DNA from: Octopus vulgaris
Lineage: Eukaryota
DNA length: 64,000 nt
Direction of reading: 5' to 3'
Assembly (NCBI GenBank): GCA_951406725.2
Contig: OX597815.1
Span: 210,304,001-210,368,000, forward strand
The notes below the pieces were generated by a model. The model saw only the letters and a list, made by a program, of their open reading frames with translations. It searched no databases and was not told where the DNA came from. The position numbers were made by a program, and so were the translations under genes. Of this stretch, positions 1-15,306 are shown piece by piece. Positions within the stretch are counted from its first letter, which is position 1. Each line of letters starts with the position of its first letter.

Positions 1-2506
1 GCTGTGTATAGAATCATTGTCTCAAAGAAGCACCAGGTGTCGAGTTTTCAATGAATTGGAAACATACGCCAGTAACTTTGAGCTGCAGAGATAAAATATC
101 TTAAAACTATTCCTAGTATTATGTTTATACCTGCAACTTTGTTTCTGCTAAGTGTCGTGACAATAATTAAACATTAGCGAGACATTAATGATAGTTTGTG
201 TAATAACTAAGGTGATGTATTTTTCTGCTTACTTTTATGACAGACAACTTTAGGAAAAAATGGCTTTTGCAAGGAGTTGCCGTAATTTAAACAAGATATT
301 GTGCTGACAATTACATTGTAATGATACGGTGAAATTTAAACAGAACTAATTGTATTGTTTGTACTTTTATATTGTAAACGATGGTGTTTGTCTTGGCATA
401 ACAAAAGGAAGTAACTTGTATATGTCTCTATGTAGTTGTTTGCTTTATATGAACATGTACGCTCCATTTCCTTCAAATGTAGTGTAACCGTTTCTATTGT
501 TTAGTTTGTGCAAACTTTACACTTTATAATTAAGATAAGTGAAAATAGTTTGCAAATTTATGGGACAAAGGTTATTTAAAACACAAGCGTGGAATCAGTA
601 TGTATAGAATCGGTGTTTATTCAAAATGTATTTGTATAAAGTTTGGAAGACTAATTGTTAGTTAAATTTTAACTACAATTATGAAGACAATAATGTAAAT
701 TATGGTGAATTATGGTGGGCATCAATTTTGTTTTCTAGAAGTTGTTTGTTTCAAGAATTAGGTTAACGTTTTAATGATTTGGAAGGGGTGTACTATAGAA
801 TTAAATATGCTGTCTCCTGGGGTATATTATGACATTCAAGCACTCAAATTGTTTTTACGTTTTATATCCATAATAAAAATAAGAATTTTTTCCGACTTGC
901 TTTTTCTTTGTTAATTCTTTGCTTGTTGAATTACATATGTTCTGCATGGATTGTATGAGTTTTATTCTGGCTCGATGCTTTAACTTTCGTTATTATAGCA
1001 TTGCAAGTGATATGTAATATTATCGTCTTTGTTTCTTGTTTACATACGTGTGTGTGCAAGGAAGTGCATTTACTTTTGTCAATATTTAGGAATGCATATG
1101 CATGCTGATCATAAGATATTTTCAAAATATTAGTTTTGTTGCCTCTATATCTGTTCCCTAATGTTCGATATTATTGTTCATTAGTTATAATGTCTTTAGG
1201 ATACACAGTTTTACATTAAAAGCCGATTCTACTCTTCGTGAAATTACAATTTTTAAACACAGCAATGGGAAACTTCGTAGCATTTATTTGAAATAGATGA
1301 GGCGTGCTAGCAAAGTTTGATATGATGAAACATGACAATCTGTTAACTTTTTTGGTTAAGTTTTAGTGATATTTTTGAATTAGAAAACACTTTCGTATTA
1401 ATTTAAAAACTATATTAGCTAAAGAAGATTATTTTCTTCGATTTTAAAAATGTAATTAAAAGGTTGTTACGTTTTCTGTTATTTTGTGTGAAGATCATGC
1501 TTCCCCTTCAATATGCTTTATTCTTTGAATATACAGCTTCTTTAAAGGTTTCACATAAACTGACCATTGAGACAGTATAATAGATGGATTTGTAACAATA
1601 TATGTTAATATTTCGCGATGATTCTTAATTATATGCTTAAGTGTTTTATTTTGTTTATGATAAAGATGAAATAGTTACTGTTTAAATCCAAGGTAGCATA
1701 CAAACATTTGTTTGCTGTGGTATCCTGATTGGTTGTTGCATTAAAGAAACATATTTTGTAAAAAAAAAATCATGGTTGTTTTTCTTTTGCTCCAGCTATT
1801 AAAGACAGATGTTTAACATTAGGAGGTCGTCCTCTTGACAAATGCTAGCCTCAGTTATTTGGATGTTGTAGCCTAGCTTTTGCGTAAGACACAAACATTC
1901 CGAAATCTGTTATCTCAAATTAATAATGTGCTTTTCTAATAATTGAAATGAAATTCCCGAAGGCTTCTTTAAAATTCAAAACTTCATTTTAAACTTTCTC
2001 TCTCTAGGAAGCAGCAATATTTCCGTTTGCATTTCTATGCCAGTAATATGTATAGCATAAGTCAAAGCATCCATTAAAACATGTTTAGAGATAATTTGGC
2101 AATCATCTCGTGTGTGGAAATGTTAGAATTTAAATTGACACTTCTCCATCATAGAACACAATCATTCACATTCTGTGCTTCTCTTATTCCCTAATAAGAC
2201 ATAGATGAAACTGGTTTTAACGTATTGGATGAGTTCATTTTTATGTATATTTTATCTAACTTTTACCGAAGTTACTTTTATTAGACGTAATTGCATAGCT
2301 GAATGGTTTCTGACTGAGGTTCATAAATGTTAAAGAGGTACACGGCAATTCGTTATGAGCGCTTTTTTCTGTGTTCAGTATCTTATATGGAACTTATTTT
2401 CTGTTGTTGTATATCTTGTGAAATCGTTTAGCGTGTTCATTATCTTTTTATACGTATTAATAACCGAATTCGCTATGTATCTATGACCTAACTCCTACAG
2501 ACGCAC

Positions 2507-2563
2507 ATGTATACATACATGCATACATACATACACACACATATATATACATACACACATACA

Positions 2564-2641
<78 letters not shown>
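2507..2641. repeat. (TACA)n/(TA)n compound microsatellite
   Basis: Direct tandem TACA then TA units. Confidence 0.95.
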
Positions 2642-2644
<3 letters not shown>

Positions 2645-4175
2645 TTTACCTCGTCAGACTTTCAGATAAAATTAGTATTATTTGAAATAATATACGATGC
2701 GAGAACGAATTGCATGTACTCTGATTTTGTAACAACGCTTAAAGACTGGGTCAAAGAACTGTGGTATAGAAGATATTTGTTTGGTATAACACACGCGCAC
2801 ACACACACAAACACACACAAACACACGAAAGCAAAACGTAATGTTTATATCCAGCCTAACGTGCATGTATTTTAAGAGCGCCAGTATTCGTCGTCAGAGG
2901 TCCTCTCATATAGATGCATGGTGTATATATAATTTCAGACGAGAATCATTTTGTACGGGTGTCAGAACTGCCATATCACGTGGTTACAGTGTACTGCATA
3001 TCTTCAGTGTCACTCAACCTGTGAATGCATACCAGCCAAATGTTGCTACCACGGTATATAGAATATCATTGGTTTTTCAATCACTGATGTTGTAAATAGC
3101 CAGCAGGTTTATTAAAAAAGTTATCAGTGACGGAAGCGGTATTAATAGCAAAATGCACATGCTACGATATATGTCTGTGTTTTGAAGCAACATGCGTGTA
3201 TATGAGAAGACCTCACATATTGCAGTATTCGGTAATTTTTTTGATACAATGGATGATTTAAAACTATTGATAAGCAGTTTAGCAGATGCAGTTGAAGTTT
3301 ATGTTCATCAAAGTTTACTGTATTGTCTTTTTGTGGTAATATTTTAACACAAGTGTTTTCCTGTTTAGTTTGAAAACTATTTTAAAAGTTTTAGCTCCTG
3401 CTTAGTCTTTTAATGTCTTACAATGGTTTTGTAATTTAGTAGAAATTTTCAAAGATTTTTCGCAGTGCTTATTTTCAAGGATACTTGTACCTATTTTAAC
3501 AACTACATCATCAAGCAGCTCTCCAAATGCTATGAATTCTAAAATGTATATATAAAAACCTTTCAACAAAAGAGGGGCCTTATACTACTTTTGAAGATCT
3601 TGATATGAGGGTCAAATGAAGAAGAAAACTATGTTGGTTTTCATTTAACAGTGAACATATATAAGCTAACCTTCCATTGGATTATAATGCAATTGTAATG
3701 TTGTCGTTAGAGGTGTCCAATTGAATTTGATGTGTTTGGAACACCAACTCACAAATATTCAAGATGATATTGTTACTTCAAGCACGAATTCTTAGAAGAA
3801 AGACATCATACATAACTTCTAAAAGAGTTTTTCCATAAGCTAAAGCTACAGATTGAATGAATTTGTACATAACTCTTGAAAAATATTGCACTGAGATCAG
3901 CCATCAATGCAATATATCTTATATTTAATAATATTCACGAAGAAATGCAATTAGTGATATAGCCTCAGTCAATGATATACGCATATTCAATATTTTGTAC
4001 AGCTTACAAGTGATTTCGTGAAAGATAATAAATAGATAATACATAAAAACATCAATTATTTAGTACCAAAATTCAAAAGAAAATGAAAAATAAAAATAAA
4101 ATGTTTGTAAATCAAATTTCGCCATAATAATCAAAGAGAAACCAACTTTTGTTACATCGTTCACATATGTTTGAA

Positions 4176-4177
<2 letters not shown>

Positions 4178-4272
<95 letters not shown>

Positions 4273-4400
4273 CGTATGTGTGTATATATGTATATATATA
4301 TACATACACACACATAAATATACATGCATGTACACATATATGTATATGCATATATATATATAGAGAGAGAGAGAAAGAGAGAGAGAGGGAGAGGGAGAGA
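4178..4400. repeat. (TA)n-(TG)n-(GA)n compound microsatellite
   Basis: Direct sequence; source of the [15 protein letters not shown] artefacts. Confidence 0.95.
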
Positions 4401-5202
4401 GACATACACACATATATACATCGATATTCATCTGTATGTCAAGTTATATGACAGAAACAATTTAGCATTAAACAGATAAGTTTTACTTAACACCTTTTAG
4501 TAAAGTAAATATTTATTTACTATGACAAGAAAAAAGATTGATACACATATGCACACGCCCACACGCATGTACATATACGCATACACTTGCACACACATAT
4601 ATGTACATATAAAGATACATTCATACACACATACATATACATATATGCGTGCGTGAATGAAAGATTGTATAAGCGTGTATATCACCCGTTTTAGTCTCGG
4701 CAATGCGATAGACATTTATATTTTCGCAGAGTTTGATACCCATCTTCAAGAGGCTTAGCCTAAATGTTCGTTGTTGTTAGAAATCCGTTAAAAGCACTCG
4801 AGTGCCTCTAACAATTATGTCTACTAACACGAACCCAAAGGGCCATAATGCAAAACCTCCGCTGTTTTAACACTCCCATCCAATCAGTTACATTGAAACA
4901 ATAATTCATTGGTGCGAAAGAATGAAGGACAAAGTTACGTTAGTGGAACCGAATTCAGTTGCAAAACCGTAGGCGTTGAAAGAAAAAAAGAAATCAGAAC
5001 ATAGAACCCATCACTGTAATGTCGCTATCGATTCAGCTCTGATGCGCCTATGTATGTTTTTACATCTACGGAAAGATGAAAAGAAAATACTGAAACGTTC
5101 AAAATATTTTATCTCATATCTAATTTTTTCAAAATATTGTTATTGCAATTTTACGCCGTTAATTACAAAGCGAATGCACTGAAATAATTACCATTCTTAT
5201 CA

Positions 5203-5271
5203 TTACTATTATTGTCGTTGTTGTTGTTGTTATTATTATTATTATAATTATTATTTGTAGTAGTAGTAGTG

Positions 5272-5367
<96 letters not shown>

Positions 5368-5397
5368 ACAGCAACAGTAGCATCAGCAACAGTAACT
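5203..5397. repeat. (TTG)/(TTA)/(TAG) trinucleotide compound microsatellite
   Basis: Direct sequence. Confidence 0.95.
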
Positions 5398-6123
5398 ACA
5401 TATATCAAACGTTCACAGCATGTCCGCATAGTTGTTTTTGCATTTTATTATGTATTTCAAATGTGTTTCTTATTTTCATCTCAATTATCCATTCATTTGG
5501 TTCGTTGTAATTTGAAAATTGATTTCAATGCAATATCGTTAAAGGAATCAAGAAATCAGATTGTTTTGGACTAAAATTAATATTTACCGAACCAATAATT
5601 TGACTTCACATCAAAAAGTGCTGAAAAAAAAGATACGAATAAATTCAAAATAATAGACATCAAAATTAAATTAAGTCACAAGATAGTAATGAATAATTTG
5701 AAAACATATATTAAAAACGGAAATAAAATGTACTGGAAATATGTTGCTACGTTAACAAATATTAAGAATTGTATGTGCATTAAAATTTCTATTCCAGAAT
5801 GATTGTTAATTATTTGCTTCAGCCTTATAAAGACAAATAATGAGAATAGTAGTACGTCTCTGATAGAGAAAAGAGGCTTAGTCAGATGTAAGACGTTAAA
5901 CACATTGACAGCATGTTCACAAAACAAATACATAGGCACGCGTGCATACATGCATATAGTATGTTTCATAACGCACTGCACAAAAGAGGCTCGATACATG
6001 TCAAAGAGTTAAACTGCTTAAAATACTATTCACACTCGTACTTCTAGGATTTCCTGTCTTTCCTCATAAAAAAGCAAGAACTTGCGTTATGAAATATGTC
6101 AAGTGTATAATATATTTATATCA

Positions 6124-6164
<41 letters not shown>

Positions 6165-6165
<1 letters not shown>

Positions 6166-6469
6166 TTTTATTTGATTCAGTCATCTGACTGCGGCCTTGC
6201 TGGAGCACCGCCTTCAGTCGAACAAATCGACCCCAGGACTTATTCCTTCTAAGCCTAGTACTTATTCTATCGTTTATTTTGCCGAACCACTTGGTTGCGG
6301 GGACGTAAACACACCAACATCAGTTTTCAAGCGATGGTGGGAGGACGAACACAGATATATAAACACACACACACACACATATATACGACGGGCATCTTGC
6401 AGTTTCCGTCTGCCAAACCCAGTCACAAGATTTTGGTCGGCTCGAGGCTATAGTAGAAGACATTTGCCT
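6165..6469 (-). mobile_element. tRNA-derived SINE family A (internal CA/TA microsatellite), 5'-truncated
   Basis: Reverse complement matches the copy at 35571-36020 (tcagtcat..gactgcggcc..gctggagcaccgcc, gacgtaaacacacc, tatagtagaagacac); the tRNA head is missing. Confidence 0.85.
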
Positions 6470-7993
6470 ACGTACATACATTCTCGTAGTTAGATACAAT
6501 TAAGTGTCCGTTATGTACCACTGACTGTTCTTGGATGTTTGTTTCAAGAGACCTATTGTTCAGGATCATCATGTTAACTGACAACGCATCTCAGCAACCA
6601 TTCAATTGCTGAAAATTTTTCGCAACCTGAATAGTTAACGGCATCTCGCGATAATATTATAAATACGAAGTATTTTCTGTAATCTTATTGAGGCTATACA
6701 AACCTATATTTCACAAAACAAATTCTATATAATTTGAATCATTGTGATACATATATTTGTCAGGAAGTACAAGTGTCTATTGCCGCCGGAAGTTTAATCA
6801 AATATGAGTTGCCTGCAGGCTAAGAATTACTGCATATTATGCATTATGCTCAGAGCTTGTACGAGAAAAGTATTATGTTTCAGCTAGATTCCGAACCGCC
6901 CAAATCTACAATGAAGTATGATTGTTTTGAGGACCTCTTCCTATTAAATGCAGAGCTTCGAGCGTTGGAAAATAAATAGGGATAGAAGAAATTCTATGAA
7001 CAAAATGGAGCTGCAAAGAGGACATGCTATGAAAGTATGTTGCTGCTGGCAGAAGATTGTGTAAAATATCAATTTAATGAAATTTCACTCTAGTAATAAT
7101 AACTCGAAAATGCACAATAATACATAAATAACGGAGAAATTTTTCAGAAAGTACTGGTTGAGAATTTAAATATCTTATTATTTTCTTTCTTCACACTGCT
7201 TTACTGACTGTTATTGGAAAAATAGCAAATGTCAACCGGACATGAGATTTTGTAGATGACTAAACGTCACCGAGTGTTGTCCTTGTGTTTGTTGCAATCA
7301 AAAATAGTACTTTCAGTTTTGATATCTTGATGGTGCATCATTTATAGTGAAAATTAATGTCAAACCTTTAAACTTCAGACATTTAATTTTTCTTCACTTC
7401 TGCTAGTAAGATATTTCATTGACTCCTATTGAAGTGAATGGATGCCAACCTTATACATATCAAGAGCATTAGTGTAGATTTATATGTTGTTACGCTATGT
7501 ATGATTTTCAATGCGAAAACGCTACAAATCACTGCAACATTGAAGTAATAGCGGTTGACTTCCATCGAAAACTTTAATATTCACTTTGTAGCATTTATTT
7601 ATATAAGTCTACGAGATGCCATATAAAAAACATAAAAACAATGGCAAGGGTGGTGGAGAATTACATCAGATGAATTTAGGCAAATATCCCCTGTATAATA
7701 TCAGAAATGATTGACAAGATTACGACTAACTACTGCAAATTGAAAAGCTATTGGTCGGAGCATTGAAATATGTGATGTACAAACAGTTATATGCAGTATT
7801 CGGATGGTATTTATAATGACATGCAGTATGGCCATACAGAGACTGCATATCTTTACATAAACTTTCGTCGTTTTTAGGCAGAGTTATTGAGATACAACTA
7901 TTGATATAATGCAGATGCATTTATATACTTATATAGATGTGTCTGTAAATATGTATATGTATACATCTATCTATCTGTCTTTGTATAATATAC

Positions 7994-8044
<51 letters not shown>

Positions 8045-8477
8045 GGCGTTGGGGTGTGTCTGTGGAGCGAGAAGAAAGAGGAACAGAGTTAAGAGGGATG
8101 GAGGTACGGATAGAATGAGGACTGATATATAAACAAAAGTCAAATGAAATAAATTAACAACACCATGAAAGAATTGAAACAGTAATGATGTGTTAACTGT
8201 GACACTGTGAAAGTAATATTTGGTCAACAGTTCAAGGACGTCTACGAGAAATTTGTTAGTCTATAAGATCTATAAAGTATATCAGCAGACGGGTTATAAA
8301 TATAAACACACAGGAATATACGGTATAAATATACGTTAAAACCCATATGATCATATTGCAATGAAGCATATTCATATACACTTTTACCTTGTTAATTTAT
8401 GCAAGGTATTTGCATAACTACACATGTACACAGACAGACACACGAACACATACGCACACACGCACACAAATATAGAC

Positions 8478-8483
8478 GTATAC

Positions 8484-8528
<45 letters not shown>

Positions 8529-8529
8529 C

Positions 8530-8598
<69 letters not shown>

Positions 8599-8677
8599 CA
8601 TACATACATACATACATATATATATATATACATACATACATACATACATACATACATACATACATACATACATACAT
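8478..8677. repeat. (TACA)n/(TA)n microsatellite
   Basis: Direct sequence. Confidence 0.95.
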
Positions 8678-9026
8678 AGATAGGCGGAAAGGAAACTAGA
8701 TAGCTAAATTGATGCATAGAGAGGTACACGGATATATAGAAAACGGCCTCATACGCACATACGTGCAATCAGAGACAAACACATTCACGCATAATATTCC
8801 TTGTAAGAAAAGTTTGTAATAATGAAAGCATTAGTTATGCATCATAGCTAAATACCTCAGAATAGTTTTACAGCAGACCATTATGCTTAAGATTTCCCAA
8901 TTTATAGAGTGCTCAATTATGCTGCATTTATTTGATATATCTTAACAATATCTCTTTTCTTGAGATGACTGCTGGAAGCGAAATAGTCTCGTAACTCGTC
9001 AATATATATATATATATATACACCCA

Positions 9027-9066
<40 letters not shown>

Positions 9067-11356
9067 TCTTATTTGCGTATGTGAATGCATTCATGATGTA
9101 CAAACGTGTATAACCATATGCATATGTGTGTACGTATATATGTATGTATGTATATATTTATATGTGTGTGTGTGTGCGTTCGTGTGTATGTATGCATGTA
9201 TATGTATATATATATATATATATATATACACCCACAAAACACATGCACACATACTTAGCTGCATACATATTTGCAAACTTTCGAACTACCAGACTAACAA
9301 CCAGAGTAATTAACGTGCTTTTAAGCCTTTATGAAATTTGTTACACTTCAGAAGAAATTATTCACACCGCATTTATCTAAAGTAGAAATATGTTATATAA
9401 AGAAATCCCCATAAGGCATGAAAGACATTTTAGGGAGCTGTACATAAATAAAGAAAACTTAACCATTACACATTTGCTATTGTCTTATCTGCTGTCTCTT
9501 TTTTAAGTGTATTTTTACGTCATTGATGAAATATTTTATTAAGTATTCTTTCTTTTTTCACTTTTCTTTTTTAGAAGTTATCGCTACATTTCTTAAGAGT
9601 TATCAACCGCTTTACTTATCAGTGATTTTGTCTTGATAATGAGTCTCTTGAGAATTTTGCCGAGAAGGAAGACAGTTTTCATTAGCCATTCTGAAACAGT
9701 CTTTGGTTACTTAATAGATGTATACCTGCAAGGTAACTTGATCTGATGTTCTCATTACCGGTTGTTATTTGCTGTTATTAGCATCATCAGAGACATTACT
9801 AAAATAATACACCACCGTACATCATCAAAATATTCTTCATCAGTTCTACTAATTGTGTTTTGTTTTAAGAGTCATTCTTAGTTTTATCCTCAATCAATAC
9901 AGTCTTGCTTCGTTCTTTATTGATTTATTTTATATAGTTATTTGTTTTCTCTTGAAAATTTTCTTTATTCTTTGTAATATAGTTTTATCATGTTTGTGAT
10001 TAGTTCCACCGTAAGTAATGCAAAACTATGCATAGTGTTTTAATAAACTGACATAGAGCGTTCAAACTTCACTCGTTGTTAGAGTATACCTTCTATATGA
10101 ACTTATTGCCTCAACAGCTATGCATTGCACCATCATTGAACCAAACAAAATAATCAAGTATGTACAATTGTACACATTTATTCACAACTCCTTTCACCTC
10201 GTCTGTGAGATCAAATCATTGTCTCTTAGGATCGTACGATGTTAGAGGGAACAGGTGGGGACAGAGACTGACCTAGTTTGTTGATTGTCAAAGATGTGTG
10301 GGATGGTTTCATATTGACATAGTGAATGTGGGTAATTTAGAGATTATTATTCAATCTCTTTTTCCTTATGGTTTCTCTAAGTTTAATGAATATCGCAACG
10401 TACCGCTTGCGATTCGCGATACAGATACGTTCAGAAAATCACGGACAATGAGTTCTTGTACAATAATCAATCTCTCTGACTCTCCAGGCTTGTCATCCAG
10501 TGGCTCTCAAATTTATTAGGCTTTGGAAAAGTGTAACACTATTCAACGTAGTATTTTCATTTCTGGTTTATGAATATAACCTCATGTTTTCAACCTGTCA
10601 TCGGATTACAAAGATTTAAATTACTTTTATGCATTGTGTTCGCAGTCATGTATTGGATCTGAACTGTGTGTAAGAATTACTTCATCCATTCGCTGGCAAT
10701 TCATATCAGTCGTCGCGTTCGTTTGTCTCCCACTGCGTCCCTTCCCTTCAGTATTCTTTTTCCCTCTTTTAGCATTGCTGCATAATAAAACTGTATACCC
10801 CTCCCGGCAAAAAGTGGTATGATGTAACCATTATGAATAGACTAGTAGCCGGTCAAGAGAGGATCGATAGTCGACAGTAGTAGTCTGTGTCTTGTGGAGC
10901 TATCGGAGATAGTAAGACAAAAGAAGCTAGTGTATTACTATTCCAGTACGAAGAGATACAACGATATCCCATGAAAAGTAAGTATTGTGGCTACTAGTGT
11001 AAAGCAGCAACTGCAGTACAACGGCAGTCACATATCACATCAGAGGAAGGAACCCACTTTACAACAAACTTCTTCATTCATCTGCGTATATTTTTCTAGT
11101 CAATGGTGTCATGTCATGAACAACTAGCAGCCTTTTTGTGCATGCTCTGGTTTCGTCAAAAAACTGCATGTTTCACACAACTCGCTTCCGTAGCTCACTG
11201 GTTCGGTGTGCGAATCTACTCAGTTCATATAAGTTCCTCTGAGCCGGAAGATAAGCAATTATTTTGATTGTGAAACCTTTTAAACCTTATTTCTTATAAA
11301 GTTATACCTTAATCTTTCTTTAATAAATCTCCACTCAGCAATTCTGAGTGGAGGTG

Positions 11357-11495
11357 TAAGTCGATTAGAACGACCCAGAAGTGAGGAAAAGTTGAAGTCA
11401 ACTTAATTTGAACTCAAAACGTAAAGACATTTGAAATGCCATGAAACATTTTATCCAGAAGCGGGGGTGCTAAGGATTCTGTCTGATCGCCGCCT
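11357..11495 (-). mobile_element. Decayed SINE family B fragment
   Basis: taagtcgatta..., atttgaactcaaaacgtaaagac and gctaaggattctgtctgatcgccgcc resemble the reverse complement of 39537-39770. Confidence 0.6.
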
Positions 11496-12019
11496 CCCAA
11501 ACGCTCAGTAATAATTTCTTATTGATACATATGGGAACAACCTGCAAGATGAATATGTTTTTCGATCTAATTCGCTACAAAACTCATCATAGATCAAATT
11601 TTGCTGGTGTCATGCTCTGATTTCATCCAGCAGAGTGGAACAATATAAATATGAGTAATATATTGTAAACGTCAAAGTACATTAAAAATTGAACTTTTAC
11701 TTAACGATATTGCAATTTTCATTACTTCCTTGCTGAAGCATGTGTTGTTTTAAATAGTGACATCTCCTATATCTTGGTGCACATGTTTGGCTACCTATAG
11801 AGACATTTTAACTCAGCAAGACATATCAACGAATCACTTATAACTTACACAATATTTTCGATATCTATTCCAATATATGAAAGTATCGCCACATGGTATC
11901 TATTTTACGCAGATGCAAATTTACATTAACGTTATCGAGTTTTCTTCGTTGCATAATAGTTAATTACGTAGTTATTGCGATCAACTAAAACCATTTTATT
12001 TGAATGTTGCTGTGGTTGC

Positions 12020-12349
12020 TACTACTATTAGAACTACAACTACTACTAAGTCTTCTTCTTCTTCTTCTTCTTCTTCTTCTTCTTCTTCTTCTTCTTCTTC
12101 TTCGTCTTCTTCTTCTTCTTCTTCTTCTTCTTTCTTTTTCTTCTTCTTCGTCTTCTTCTTTTTCTTCTTCTTCGTCGTCTTCTTCTTCTTCTTCTTTCTT
12201 TTTTCTTCTTCTTCGTCTTCTTCTTTTTCTTCTTCTTCGTCGTCTTCTCCTTCTTCTTCTAGTTCTTCTTCTCCTTCTTCTTCTTCTTCTTCTTCTTCTT
12301 CTTCTACTACTACTACAACTACTACAACTGCTGCTGCTGCTGCTGCTGT

Positions 12350-12441
<92 letters not shown>
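12020..12441. repeat. Long (CTT)n/(CTG)n/(CTA)n trinucleotide compound repeat
   Basis: Direct sequence; gives the poly-S/T/E/L ORF artefacts. Confidence 0.95.
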
Positions 12442-12442
<1 letters not shown>

Positions 12443-12676
12443 GTTTTCATTGCAGATGAAGTGAATGCATTTTATCATTAATATATTTTCACGTCTTCAC
12501 CCATATTTTCTTTACACATTTTCTAAATGTTTTGTATTTTCGTAGTAATAACAATAACACTAATAATTCGTTCTAATTTTGGTACTGGTCCAGCAAATTT
12601 TGGGGAAGGAGGCAAGTCAATTAAATAACACTAATTGCTTAACTGTATTTTGAGGTAATCTACGGAAGGTATACTA

Positions 12677-12725
12677 ACGGTGCTCCAGCATGGTCGCAGT
12701 CAAATGACTGAAACAAGTAAAAAAA
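12677..12725 (+). mobile_element. SINE family A 3' tail fragment
   Basis: cggtgctccagcatggtcgcagtcaaatgactgaaacaagtaaaa matches the 3' end of 35571-36020. Confidence 0.75.
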
Positions 12726-13045
12726 AGTATATATATATATATTTTTATGCATAAGTATCTTGTAAGAAGTTTAAACTCGCAATAAATACGCGCACAAACT
12801 AGTGCCAGTACAAAAGCACTCACTAAGAAAGACAATCAGACGTAAACTCTCGCATTTGAGCACACATAGACAGAAATCAGTTATACATACAGATGCATAT
12901 GTATGCATATACATACACACTCATATGCATCTATTTCTCTCTCTCTCTCCTTCCTTCCTTCCTTCGTTCCTTCCTTATATGTATATATATATATATATAT
13001 AATGTATATGTATATATATGTATATGTATGTATATATGAATGTGT

Positions 13046-13086
<41 letters not shown>

Positions 13087-13168
13087 TATGTATATATATA
13101 TATGCATACATATATGCATATATCATATGTATATATATGTATGTATATTTATGTGTAAGTATATATGC

Positions 13169-13240
<72 letters not shown>

Positions 13241-14355
13241 TTATATATATAGATATATAAACAGGATATTTATGTGGGGGTGAGCGTGTATATACATACT
13301 CTCACACAAACAAACACCCACCCACTCACACACACATATACACACATACATATATTCACGTGCTTCTTTGTAAAAGAGATACTATGGCTATTAGATTCCA
13401 TGATGGATGAAAGGATGGAACAAGGAGGTGGAACAAGCCCTGAGCAAACAAGCTGAAATGGGATTAAATAATCTTAGTTTTTGTATCTGACAACGCGGAG
13501 TAAACATTTTTAGGATAGTTGATAATCAATTTAAAACGAACATACTTAGCTTCTTCGTTGTAACTACATCTATTGAAATGATGCTCTAAAATTTTTTTAT
13601 TTGCGTCTACACCAGTGCAATTGTTTGCATGTATCTGCGCCTGCGTGTGTTTTTATATGTGCATGTTGTATGTATGTGCGCATTTGATATAGCATTAATT
13701 GCTAATATTGTTGTTGTTGTTATCAGCATCATTATTATAATCCTCCTATTCCTCGTTATTATTATTAATTATTATCATTAATGTTGTTGTTGTTAAGGTT
13801 GTTGGAATTTGCGTTCCTGGTCATGCTGTTATGAATTCTAAAAGATTAATGAAAGGAGAAAAGGATCTTGAGGAAAGCAAGATGATGGCTCTGTAATGAT
13901 TTTACTGACGGGAGTGTTGAAGAAAATTTATAAGAGGAAATTGAATTTCTGGCGATAATAATGTGATCAGAAGAGAGATTTAGAGAAGGAAGATAGCAAA
14001 GACATTGAGAAATAACAACAAAAACGTGTGTGTAAAAAGTGTTAAAATTTGAAATATATTTCATTTCATATACACATAGACGTATATATACACCACCGTA
14101 CAATTACAGACACGCGGGAGACACACACACGCACACACACACATACACAAGCAAGCACAATCACATAGAAAGAAATGTAAATAAATACATGCAAATATTT
14201 GTATACATATTTATGTGTACACATATGTATAAATATATGTGTGTTTGGGTGTTTAACATATCCCATTTCGACAGTCTACTAAGAATTTTACTACGGGCTG
14301 GAATGTTCACGATTAATGCTGAGTAGCCAAATAATTATAATATATATATATATAC

Positions 14356-15148
14356 TAGCATTAAAGACCCGTCGTTGCCGGGTCATAGTGCTAGTGCATG
14401 TATATATGTGTATATATATAAACTTAGATAAACTTAGATATGTTTCGACCAAAGATTGGTCCAGGCCATGTCTAACTTAATAGTACCACCTATATGTGTA
14501 CATATTACATGTACATCTATATATATACATCTACACATAACATGCAAAATACAAAGTTATATCTTGATATCGCTAATGATAACAATACTCAAAATATATA
14601 ACAGACTGGAATTGTTACTCTTCTTTTTTTCTCTAAATTGTATACTTTATAGACAATAGTCTTTAATTTAATTTTTTATTGTCCATCTGGACTATTCCAT
14701 TTCTGCACGATAATTTTAGTTTTAATTTATTCCCATTCATGTGAAACCACTTACTCAAGTTCAAATCATTGATGCAATTTTAAACCAATTACTATTTTTA
14801 CTTTTGTTATGTTACGATTATATTATACTTTAGTTTGGTTTTAGTTATTACTTACTACATATAATTCAATTGTTATTTTTATTTTTATTGTTAACGTGAA
14901 AGCATCTGACATAAAATAGAGAAATATTTTTGTTTCACTTTTAACACGTAATACTGAAATAGTGGAGAAGATATGATATTGCTATGAGCTCGCTCTAGGC
15001 AAAAAATTGAACATTTTGTTTTACCCATGAAACTACATGGACCCTAAGTAAGGCATGTGTAAAATTTGAATGAAATTGGTTGATTAGTTCTCAAGTTGTA
15101 GGGAAACACACAGACAGACAGACACACATTCTCAGTTTTATATATATA
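14356..15148 (-). mobile_element. Non-autonomous Helitron-type element
   Basis: Minus strand starts tatatataaaactgagaatgtgtgtctgtctgtctg and ends with hairpin gacccg-gcaacga-cgggtc followed by CTAG|T, the canonical Helitron 3' end. Confidence 0.7.
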
Positions 15149-15201
15149 ATGATGCATGCACACGCACACACACACACATATATATGTGCATGTATATATA
15201 T

Positions 15202-15251
<50 letters not shown>

Positions 15252-15263
15252 AAATATATATAT

Positions 15264-15306
<43 letters not shown>

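Noticed and set aside
644-653. TGGAAGACTA match to the 5' end of miR-7
   Set aside because: Only 10 nt match, with no rest of the mature sequence or precursor hairpin.
9574-9731. Good-looking acceptor and donor pair as a coding exon
   Set aside because: Stop codons in all three frames; a non-coding exon cannot be supported without RNA data.
11329-11353. Perfect 10-bp hairpin ctccactcag-caatt-ctgagtggag
   Set aside because: Too short for a pre-miRNA, no adjacent Helitron CTAG end, and it sits at a decayed SINE boundary.
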